Shown here: piece by piece, positions 16,901 to 23,099 of the stretch
Layout of the letters: every line of letters starts with the position of its first letter
Numbering within the stretch: position 1 is the stretch's first letter
Origin: an uncultured Lentisphaerales bacterium
Lineage (GTDB): Bacteria > Verrucomicrobiota > Kiritimatiellia > RFP12 > JAAYNR01
Reading direction: 5' to 3'
Length of the DNA stretch: 24,400 nt
Assembly (NCBI GenBank): GCA_964451945.1
Contig: CAYVKQ010000004.1
Coordinates: 1 to 24,400, forward strand
The notes under the pieces: model-generated
What the model saw: the letters and a program-made list of their open reading frames with translations, nothing else
The model's database searches: none
Told to the model about the DNA's origin: nothing
Program-made: the position numbers and the translations under genes

Positions 16901-19069
16901 AGCCGCATCTTCCCGGTGGCCGGCGAGCCGAAGCGGCCCACCGAAATAACGGTCGCCTCGGGCGACGACATCCAGATCGTCTACCGCGACGAGAAGAATA
17001 CCGACTACGGCATCCCGTGGGACCGCAGCTACACCCTCGAACAGGCGGCGCCCACCCCCCCCGAGCTGCGCGTCTTCACCTACGACTCGCGCCTGCTCGC
17101 CTCCAACGAACTGGCGGCTGTCGCCGCGCGGATGCCCGCCGTGGCGACGGGTGAAGTGGTGCCGATCACCCGCACCCTCAATGCCGTCCGCCCGGTGAAA
17201 CCGAAACCCGACACCCCCCCCGTGACGCTGCTCGGCGCGCCGCTGATTGTCGAACTGCGCCATCCCTCGCTGGCGATCTCGCCGCTGAGCGAGGCCGAAT
17301 TGGTCGTCCAGACCTCCGCCGCGCGCAAGCAGGCCGGCGTCGCCGAAACGGCGCCGTTCGACCCGTCGCTGCCGGGGACCATCCGCTACCGCATGGGGAT
17401 CGTCGACCTGCGGATGCCGAAGGCGCCCGAAGGCTACGAGAAGATCAGCCTCGTCGGCAACCCGTTCGCCATGGATCCGCTGGAGGACGGACGCTTCTCG
17501 TTTGTCATCCCGACGGTCCTTGGCGGCCTGGCCGATATGGACACCTCCACCGAAGTCGATGAGCGCCAGTACCGCATCGATGACGAGAACGTCCACGTGG
17601 TGCCGGTCGCCTGCCTCACCGACAAGGGCGACCCGCGCTCGATCCGCCGCTTGTACAAGCTGCCGCCGCTCCACGTCCGGCCCGACGACACGGTCCGCAT
17701 CGCGGTCAACACCGCCGGCCCCAAGGAGCCGCCGCAGTGGCAGGTCCAGGATGTCTCCTTCACCGCCGACACCATGCTCGACGTGATGGACCAGCGCTAT
17801 CAGAAGACCGTCGACGCCTTCCATGTCGGCGAGCGCCTCTACCTGCGCGTGATCGATCCCATGGCCGACAAGAGCGGCGACAAGGACAGGATCTCCCTCT
17901 CCCTCCTGGTGAACAGCGCCCCCGCGGACGCCAAGCCGGTGGAGCTGACCGAGACCTTCGAATACACCGGCGTCTTCAAGGGCAACGTCCAGCTGGTCTA
18001 CGAGGGGGTGAAGAACGAAACCCCCGCGTCCGACGCGCTCGCCGTCCCCTACGGCGCCGCCGTGTCGCTCAAGTACGCGCCGCGCGAAGGGATCGTCGTG
18101 GAGTGCCAGGTGGCCGTGCGCAAGGGCGCCGACGGCGAAGTGCTGCCCTTCACCAAACGGTTCCAGGACACCGAGATCGCCGTGCAGACGCAGTTCACCA
18201 TGGCCGAGGCCTACTTTGAAATGGCCAAGAAGCACCGGGCGCTGAAGGAGGAAGAAGTCGCCCGCCGCGGCATCGCCCAGGGGAAGAAGCTGCTCGAGGA
18301 GGCGATCCGCGACTATCCCAAGACCGACGCCCGCGTGCAGGCCGACTACCTGCTCGCCAACCTCGCCTTCGAGGAGGCGGAGCAGACGGAGAACGAGGAT
18401 CTGCGCAAGAAGCTCTTCGTCGAGGCGATCACCCGCTTCAGCGACCTGATCGCCGGCTACCCCGACAGCGAGTACGCGCCGAAGTCGCAGTTCAAGAAGG
18501 CGCTCGTCTTCGAACGGATGGGCGAAATCGACGCGGCGTGCGAGGAGTACGTCAAGCTCTCCTACCGCTACCCGGAGAACGAGCTGGTCGCCGAGACGAT
18601 CGCCCGCCTAGGTCAGTATTTCATGACCAAGGGCAAGGAGATCGAAGAGCGCCTCGGCGCCGAGACCGACCTGGTGCAGAAGGAGAAGATCCGGATGCAG
18701 GCCAACGAGTTCTACCGCACGGCCGCGCAGGTGTTCTCGCGCCTCGCCGAACGCTTCCCCGAGCACACGCTCGCCGCCAAGACCCGGGTCCTCTCCGCCG
18801 AGAACTGGCTCCGCGGCCAGGAGCTGAAGAAGGCGGTCACGGTCTACGAGGCGATCATCGCCGACAAGAAGGTTCCGCCCGAACTGGTCGCGCAGTCGAT
18901 GTATTGGTGCGGCGACAGCTTCCTCCGCATGAAGAATTTCACCGACGCCTACCGCATGCTCAAGCGGCTCACCTGGGACTATCCCGAAAGCGTGTGGGCG
19001 AAGTACGCGCGCGGCCGCCTGACCGAGCCCGAGCTGGCCCGGATCGAGGAAATGGAGATGAAGGAGTAA
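10991..19069 (+). CDS. Giant (~2,692 aa) secreted protein: helical N-half, TPRs, repeated beta-modules, F5/8 type C-like and PA14-like domains, C-terminal TPRs
   Basis: SD AGGAG at 10977-10981 before ATG 10991 (10967 is an alternative). Signal peptide MKHILLAACILGSVWTASA-Q followed by an APAAP linker. Uninterrupted 8-kb frame with strong C/G-ending codon bias. Confidence 0.9.
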   Translation: MKHILLAACILGSVWTASAQAPAAPAAPAAAEDPRLTAFNELLTRAQRSTDGLSVEEMTRLLNEGRDLGRPHPVSGIARSFLSRHPNPAPTVLRLAAQNAMLTGDYRLAASRYRQYFRNVPVSAESSQAAAELFCLLTDYTKQVDDAFAANADYGDKYRQAPQARQYDSWFLERCWDRRATGAMAKRLASIFAEKLPLEQERYAYWHHLDRLIERLGSVIPENTDAILPGRSIIPLIREDAVRAARLGFFIDNLAFHAARAGKEAAALAREFEPVLASAKAYLDQAPTEASLRQIMAAFGGGPDRPDESVWNTMADKKRDFFFSYAFGKLPEAEQVRFLNWDWWAMPARLATPEQWITLGGKHPQAFTKAAGIYRLPWVTQTTNAPLYKAQAAFLAGATFDAAAVITALAAAGDVNGSVQHLLTQSAWSMPFADRGRGNAETFPDLVVNQIIPARANLRGLSGGERDAFVYDAQLAFMDGPFCSSVATPFSPKSVSFLLRSVWGYCSQDAARRDRYVALLGKLAWVPFVGEKREKVFEPALTEFRRWAQETRRQFDGLAGKTDEASVKARKDLEAVVAQIAKIEEAFKQAVETDPDPAKAPNPQCRDLAAAIKAQEAGDAAATATAAKALYAPIREYQKNKTPFGEALLGFLMTPRDAKLACEEAQVATLADQIGLRLGTPASVRGARECVRQFSARAGWRFDWTLRPSKEDDALRDQIADVLAKAIEARTAKDQWDGELFTWYRGVVKQESEQAQALVSALIERDIFTKQNVSLWHPGPTCSAMALIRNEFPSLREKYPVETWFDDRMVDEIRRTGKVDDAYWNYGHDRLKKVANALAERFTADISYTFVGTPAAPAVYSRDQFNALSWRVLNADAPLVGAYLDKIQAAYGKTRFDRPASGAVAITQMSADTPEGRKAFFDRVRDYTARAKAMPYAIGLPTLPQLNNLSIDGTTPLTDAELAALAECFRYCRWTGWNGTEERLMTLIHSGFAARGRFGELLPLIPEMWRVAYEQNRRETMLLLSDFTSKLMESGAAIAAATYSVTGLEVAGDRLPEDIRNSLTALRTKSQAEAGGGLLVERSDRRYPILAAQALFHAGRLDSAWEHYLQAPQLALSEYKDLDLGFTIWLVERRTTMGQFDQADELARTLIQWIDAAPQGFDPETRTQMLIAYADIAFARQEYPRARAQYERVAVAREFAGTFGAKRAELKIAEVDRLTRHYDAAYERLDKLDRQRDTAIQAEARYQMALLKFDQEDYAGARDAINRVFAIAPSHPQAGLLEGELNVRTKKLVEATELKIGLSADQQTLIPGRPLRVGLEDRTLAVVGKTTDIEIRVWTDSGDEEVFMLLPFGDSKTKFRGEIATALAPTKKGDRLLQVLGRDKVHYGFSERFRKAAGIGAVETVTVEVITDPELYASSGRILSREELEEKALEQMIRQRERIEEERNAPLSTVRAANEVKPGNPIYVRVVDPDRSGTPQKDKVVIRASSSSGDAVQRFEIEETETHSGVFEGRLPTASASATAFASDTEEGRQANYVIAADPNLPPWVALGDKNRNKLFTVDLNNNLTLGSLSLLADVTGRAIKRFAVQTSMNGSDYTTVATWPADMPAWDAALRIRMVRYGGRNAAPANLKMFKEYFAYGHVVQDAPMVVAEGKTSADLRQTIRTAEKELQMGRTAWVLAHVQGTFYVPERRKRTFRLDPKNRLQNVKYILAIDGAEGPSPLEHPVSLAKGYHTLDLYAAVHLNTQAAYELLWDIAEDPYMARVPETAFTAAEWDKETPPAGFTPAKLTPNEAGTKFAIAFASNTTARLVRFGICDFESDAPAIRKIGLTGADGKVLLPAAEDVLALRNNQILEIVPGDRVTIAYEDPSVITRERQNTETFLSATFYNAEVGAYFVETVVDPYDNVRRPLFVPMRRYQAGEPVTVFVQDPDADETEENDSVVFHVRTTAGKQIEVKAVETDKHAGMFASRIFPVAGEPKRPTEITVASGDDIQIVYRDEKNTDYGIPWDRSYTLEQAAPTPPELRVFTYDSRLLASNELAAVAARMPAVATGEVVPITRTLNAVRPVKPKPDTPPVTLLGAPLIVELRHPSLAISPLSEAELVVQTSAARKQAGVAETAPFDPSLPGTIRYRMGIVDLRMPKAPEGYEKISLVGNPFAMDPLEDGRFSFVIPTVLGGLADMDTSTEVDERQYRIDDENVHVVPVACLTDKGDPRSIRRLYKLPPLHVRPDDTVRIAVNTAGPKEPPQWQVQDVSFTADTMLDVMDQRYQKTVDAFHVGERLYLRVIDPMADKSGDKDRISLSLLVNSAPADAKPVELTETFEYTGVFKGNVQLVYEGVKNETPASDALAVPYGAAVSLKYAPREGIVVECQVAVRKGADGEVLPFTKRFQDTEIAVQTQFTMAEAYFEMAKKHRALKEEEVARRGIAQGKKLLEEAIRDYPKTDARVQADYLLANLAFEEAEQTENEDLRKKLFVEAITRFSDLIAGYPDSEYAPKSQFKKALVFERMGEIDAACEEYVKLSYRYPENELVAETIARLGQYFMTKGKEIEERLGAETDLVQKEKIRMQANEFYRTAAQVFSRLAERFPEHTLAAKTRVLSAENWLRGQELKKAVTVYEAIIADKKVPPELVAQSMYWCGDSFLRMKNFTDAYRMLKRLTWDYPESVWAKYARGRLTEPELARIEEMEMKE

Positions 19070-19072
19070 CCG

Positions 19073-19480
19073 GTGACGCCGCACCGCCGCATTCCCGACG
19101 CCCTGCCGCCGCCGGCCGCGCAGCCGCTCGCGGCCGACGAGGCCGTGCGCCTGCTCGGCAAGCGGCGCGCCGCCCTGCTGCGGCGCGACGCCGGGGGCGA
19201 GGCGGTCCTGGCGGTGATGCCGACGGGCAGCGCCGCCGATACCGGGAGCTGGTTCGGCAAACGGCGCGTCTGCCTGGCGTTCACGCCGACGGCGCTGCTG
19301 CTCTTCGCCACCGGGCCGCGGCCGCTCTGCCGGCGCATCCCCTTGACGGAACTGCGGCAGACGCAGTACAACACGGTCACCGGAGAATTGGTTTTTGCAC
19401 CGGCCAGCGTGCCGGTGCGGGCAGTCGCCCTGCCGCCGCTGGAGGCGGCGCGGGCGTTGGCGCAACTAGGAAGGGGTTAG
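19073..19480 (+). CDS. Small hypothetical protein (135 aa)
   Basis: GTG start 6 nt after AAGGAG; it fills the gap between the giant gene and exbB with 3-nt spacing on both sides. The C-half has a globular-looking core (GSWFGKRRVCLAFTPTALLLFATG...YNTVTGELVFAP). Confidence 0.7.
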   Translation: MTPHRRIPDALPPPAAQPLAADEAVRLLGKRRAALLRRDAGGEAVLAVMPTGSAADTGSWFGKRRVCLAFTPTALLLFATGPRPLCRRIPLTELRQTQYNTVTGELVFAPASVPVRAVALPPLEAARALAQLGRG

Positions 19481-19483
19481 GTT

Positions 19484-20143
19484 ATGTTGGATACGATTAT
19501 TGCGGGCGGACCCTTGATGATCATCCTGATGATCGAAAGCGTGCTGGCGATCGCCGTGGCGCTCGACCGCGCGGCGGCCTTCCGCGCGAACGGCCGCGTG
19601 GACGTCCGGTCGCTCCGCACCAAGGTGCAGAACCAGATGCTGGAGTCCAAATACGACGAGGCGCTGGCCGCCTGCCTGACGACCCCCGGCCCCGTCTCGG
19701 CGGTCATGGCCTCGGGCCTGCAGGCGTACCTCAAGCACAAGGCGGTCACCGGCAACGCCGAAACCCTGCGCGCGATCGTGCAGGACGCGATGACCGACTA
19801 CGCGCGCCTGGCAATCAACACCGTCGAAAAGCGGATGAACATTCTCTCGTTCATCGGCACCTCGGCGCCGCTCTTCGGCATGACCGGAACTGTGACCGGC
19901 ATGATCAAATCGTTCAACGCCATCGCCTCCGCCGGCGCCATGGAGGGCGGCGTGGTCGCCGCCGGCATCGCCGAAGCGCTGATCACCACCGCCGCCGGCC
20001 TGCTCATCGCCATGATGGCGGTCATCCCGCACCACTACTTCACCAGCCGCTCGGAGGACATCGAGATCCAGATCGCCGAGGCCGGCTCCGAAATCCTGGA
20101 CCACATCTCATTGACCCATCACGCCGCCGCCGCGACCGCGTGA
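19484..20143 (+). CDS. MotA/TolQ/ExbB proton channel family protein
   Basis: N-terminal TM (GGPLMIILMIESVLAIAVALDR), a cytoplasmic loop, then TM2-TM3 IGTSAPLFGMTGTVTGMIKSF...GIAEALITTAAGLLIA, the family signature. Confidence 0.95.
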   Translation: MLDTIIAGGPLMIILMIESVLAIAVALDRAAAFRANGRVDVRSLRTKVQNQMLESKYDEALAACLTTPGPVSAVMASGLQAYLKHKAVTGNAETLRAIVQDAMTDYARLAINTVEKRMNILSFIGTSAPLFGMTGTVTGMIKSFNAIASAGAMEGGVVAAGIAEALITTAAGLLIAMMAVIPHHYFTSRSEDIEIQIAEAGSEILDHISLTHHAAAATA

Positions 20144-20162
20144 GGGCGGAGCCACGCGCGCC

Positions 20163-20579
20163 ATGCCGTTCGAACCCTTCAAGAAAGAGAAGCAGGAGAG
20201 CACGGTTCCGACCGATTCGCTGTCGGATATCGCGTTTTTGCTGATCATCTTCTTCATCCTGGCCACCTCGATCCAGAAGATCGCCGGGTTCCGCACCGAC
20301 CTCCCCTCGGGCGAGCGCAACCAGCAGGTCCAGAAAGCCGACGACAAGACGCCGACCGTCGGGTTGAAGGGCGGACGCATCCTGTACAACGAGCAGGAGT
20401 CGACGCTGGATGAACTCCGCAAGAAGCTGGCGCTGCTGCGCCTGCTGGAACGGGCCGAGGACCGCCGCGTGGTGCTGCTCGACGCCGCGCCCGACACCGC
20501 CTACCAGACCTACTACGAGGTCATGGCCGCCATCACCGCCGCCCACGGGGTGATCGGCATCCTGACGGAGGAGGAATGA
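20163..20579 (+). CDS. ExbD/TolR family protein (copy 1)
   Basis: TM with the conserved Asp (SLSDIAFLLIIFFIL), followed by a periplasmic domain ending VVLLDAAPDTAYQTYYEVMAAITAAHG. Confidence 0.92.
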   Translation: MPFEPFKKEKQESTVPTDSLSDIAFLLIIFFILATSIQKIAGFRTDLPSGERNQQVQKADDKTPTVGLKGGRILYNEQESTLDELRKKLALLRLLERAEDRRVVLLDAAPDTAYQTYYEVMAAITAAHGVIGILTEEE

Positions 20580-20580
20580 G

Positions 20581-20997
20581 ATGAAACTCCACCGCAGGCG
20601 GAAGAAGGCAATCTCGGTGCCGACCACCAGCATGGGCGACATCGCCTTTCTTCTCATCATCTTTTTCATGGTGTGCAGCAACTTCGTCAAGGAATCGGGC
20701 ATCAAGGTGGCGCCGCCGCTTGCCGACGACATCGATTCGGTCAAGAACGCGCCGCTGTCGGTGGTGATCGACGAGAACAACGACATCCACGTCAACGGCA
20801 AACCGGTCTCCAGCGGGATGGCGGTGGAGGCGATCGTCGAGTCGGCGGTGGAGGGAAAGACGACCGACGAGGAGCGGATGGTGCTGTTCAAGTGCGACCG
20901 CAGCGTCGCCAAGACCGTCTTTGAACCGGTGCTCGAAGCCATCACGCGCGCCGGCGGGATGCTGGTGGCGGTGGGCGAGAAGCGCGCCGAAAACTGA
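20581..20997 (+). CDS. ExbD/TolR family protein (copy 2)
   Basis: SD GGAGGAGG; TM SMGDIAFLLIIFFMV with the conserved Asp; C-terminal VLFKCDRSVAKTVFEPVLEAITRAG. Confidence 0.92.
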   Translation: MKLHRRRKKAISVPTTSMGDIAFLLIIFFMVCSNFVKESGIKVAPPLADDIDSVKNAPLSVVIDENNDIHVNGKPVSSGMAVEAIVESAVEGKTTDEERMVLFKCDRSVAKTVFEPVLEAITRAGGMLVAVGEKRAEN

Positions 20998-21015
20998 TCG
21001 GGAAAGGGTGAAGCG

Positions 21016-21468
21016 ATGACACAAAACAAGAATCCGACCACGCAGAATCTGGACCGTCTGCTGACGATCTTCTCCGGCAGGCGCATCGCCTTCTGGATCG
21101 TTGTCGCGCTCGCCGCGCACGTGGTGCTGATCGGCGGCTGCTCGCTCAATACCATCCGCGACCGCTGGATCGACCCCGAAGGGGCGGCGCAGCGCAAGGC
21201 CGCCGCGCTGGCCGAACAGCAGCGCCTGGCCAAGGAGGCCGCGGCCGCGGCCGCCCCGGCACTGGCGGGGCTGACCAACGCCGCCGCCGTGGTGCGCGAC
21301 GTCAACGCGCCGGCGGCCACCAATGCGGCGGCCGCTCCCGGCGCCATCCCCGCCGAACGCACCAACACGCCGACCGCCCAGCGGGTCACCGAGGTCGCCA
21401 AACCCGAAGAGATGCCGAAGCTCGGCAACGATCTCGGCATCTCGATCGAGGACACCGGCATCCGTTGA
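21016..21468 (+). CDS. Single-pass membrane protein with His in the TM and an Ala/Pro-rich extension (mini TonB/TolA-like; hypothetical)
   Basis: Hydrophobic segment IAFWIVVALAAHVVLIGG, then a helical AAQRKAAALAEQQRLAKEAAA stretch and an Ala/Pro/Thr-rich tail; purine-rich SD upstream. Confidence 0.75.
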   Translation: MTQNKNPTTQNLDRLLTIFSGRRIAFWIVVALAAHVVLIGGCSLNTIRDRWIDPEGAAQRKAAALAEQQRLAKEAAAAAAPALAGLTNAAAVVRDVNAPAATNAAAAPGAIPAERTNTPTAQRVTEVAKPEEMPKLGNDLGISIEDTGIR

Positions 21469-21518
21469 GCCCTCCCGGCGCGGACCGCCAGCGCGCGATT
21501 CCCGCCGACAGCCGCACC

Positions 21519-23099
21519 ATGGACAAACGTCTCCAATTTTCCTGGCCGCCGATCCTGTGCCTCCTCATGGGCATGGCGGCGGGCGTGTGCACCCGTTTCG
21601 CGCTCGTGCTGCCGCGGGCCTACCTGGTGTGGTGCGACCGGCACCCCGCGATTGCGCGGGTCTTCGCCGAAGAGGGGGTCGATCTGTTGATCCGTTTCAC
21701 GGCGGGGGTCGCCGGACTCTCGGCGGCCGCCCTCGCGGTCATGGCGTTTGTCGCCCTCTTCATCCGCAGCGCCACCACGCTCGGCCTCTTTCGCAAGACA
21801 TGCCTCCTCTTCTACGCCACGGCGTGGATGTGCGGCGTCGTGGCGGTGCGCGCGACCCACCTGCTCATCGCGCGCGAACTGAGCCTCGGCGGCGCGGACG
21901 GCGAGCCGTTCAACGCCTACACCATCTTCCTCCTCCGCTGGCGGCTCCTCTGGCCCGTGATCGCCGTCTCGCTCGGAGTCGCCTATCTCTACATCCTCGC
22001 GTGGCGCCGCGCCGCGATCGACGACTGGCTGGGCGGCGGCGGTCCGTCCGAACCCGCCACCGGCGACCGCTTCCTGGAGAACCTCCGCACCCACGGCCGC
22101 GACCCGCGCTTCCGCAAGAGCGTGTGGTCGAGCGTCGGCGTCCACCTGTTCGTCGTCCTGATCCTCCCCTGGCTGCTCACCCTCGACGGCTGCACCCGCA
22201 TCAACCCCTACGGCGTCCCCAAGGGGAGCGGCACGCCCACGGTCACCGCCCCCAAGATCGTGAAGGTGAAGAAAAAGAAGAAGCGGATCCTGGTCAATCC
22301 CAATTCTGCCATCCTGTTCAACATCCCCACCCTCGACGACTCCAAAATCGCGGAGGAGGTTGACCAGGAGTCGCGCGTCACCTATGCGGCCGACCCGAAC
22401 CGCGTCGGCGCCATGGGCGCGGGCGGCGGCACGGGCGGCGGCTGGCCCGACGGCATGGACGACGCGGTGGTCCGCTTCATCCGCCTGAAGTACGACGGCT
22501 CCGGCTGGGACGACGGCATGGACGCGGTTTCCCGCGCCGACATGAACTTTCTCGACATGTTCCGCAAGGTCACCAAGTTCCGCACCGCTGCGCAGTCCGA
22601 GAGCCACCCGATCGCCGCGCTGGCCAAGTACCCCAAGGGGTTCGCGCCGCCGTTCGTCTACATGACCGGCGACTACGACATCCGCGTCGCCGACAGCGAC
22701 GTAAAGATCCTGCGCGAGTACCTGATGGGCGGCGGCATGCTCTTCGCCGACTGCGGCAGCCCCCGCTGGAACCACAGTTTCCGCAGCTTCATCCGCCGCG
22801 TCTTTCCGGGCGAGTCCCTGCTGACCGTCTCCGACGACGACGTCATCTTCCAGATCCCCTACACCTTCGCCAACGGCGCGCCGCCGCTGTGGCACCACGG
22901 CGGCTATGACGCCATGGGGATCAAGTACAAGGGGCGCTGGGCCGTCTTCTACCATCCCGGCGATGTCAACGACGCCTGGAAGAACGACCGGGGCGGACTC
23001 GAACCCAAGAAGGCCGAAGGGGCGATGGAGTTGGGAATCAACATCATCTACTACTCGTTCTCGAACTATCTCGAACTGACGCGGAAGTACCGCAAATGA
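21519..23099 (+). CDS. Polytopic membrane protein with C-terminal DUF4159 domain
   Basis: About 4 N-terminal hydrophobic helices, a fifth TM (SSVGVHLFVVLIL), and a Lys- and Gly-rich linker. The C-terminus shows the DUF4159 pattern IRLKYDGSGWD...PFVYMTG...LREYLMGGGMLFAD...FRSFIRRVFP...VFYHPGDVNDAW...LGINII. An alternative TTG start at 21465 overlaps the upstream stop. Confidence 0.88.
   Translation: MDKRLQFSWPPILCLLMGMAAGVCTRFALVLPRAYLVWCDRHPAIARVFAEEGVDLLIRFTAGVAGLSAAALAVMAFVALFIRSATTLGLFRKTCLLFYATAWMCGVVAVRATHLLIARELSLGGADGEPFNAYTIFLLRWRLLWPVIAVSLGVAYLYILAWRRAAIDDWLGGGGPSEPATGDRFLENLRTHGRDPRFRKSVWSSVGVHLFVVLILPWLLTLDGCTRINPYGVPKGSGTPTVTAPKIVKVKKKKKRILVNPNSAILFNIPTLDDSKIAEEVDQESRVTYAADPNRVGAMGAGGGTGGGWPDGMDDAVVRFIRLKYDGSGWDDGMDAVSRADMNFLDMFRKVTKFRTAAQSESHPIAALAKYPKGFAPPFVYMTGDYDIRVADSDVKILREYLMGGGMLFADCGSPRWNHSFRSFIRRVFPGESLLTVSDDDVIFQIPYTFANGAPPLWHHGGYDAMGIKYKGRWAVFYHPGDVNDAWKNDRGGLEPKKAEGAMELGINIIYYSFSNYLELTRKYRK

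Noticed and set aside
8726-18235. 3,169-aa minus-strand ORF
   Set aside because: It is exactly codon-in-register with the + strand genes. This is the shadow expected when TTA, CTA and TCA are avoided, and the translation has no recognisable domains.
19484-21468. Direct identification as a Tol-Pal, Ton or Agl-Glt gliding system
   Set aside because: Signature partners (TolB, Pal, TBDT, TonB C-domain, GltA/B/H barrels, FHA-containing GltG) are not seen in the window. Only the stator logic is shared, so no gene symbols were assigned.
20040-22955. 971-aa minus-strand ORF, and other long alternative-frame ORFs (for example 6993-8570, 8773-10599, 11512-13668, 18538-20244, 2314-3717, 4382-5461)
   Set aside because: They are Arg/Gly/Pro-rich GC-bias artefacts overlapping well-supported genes.
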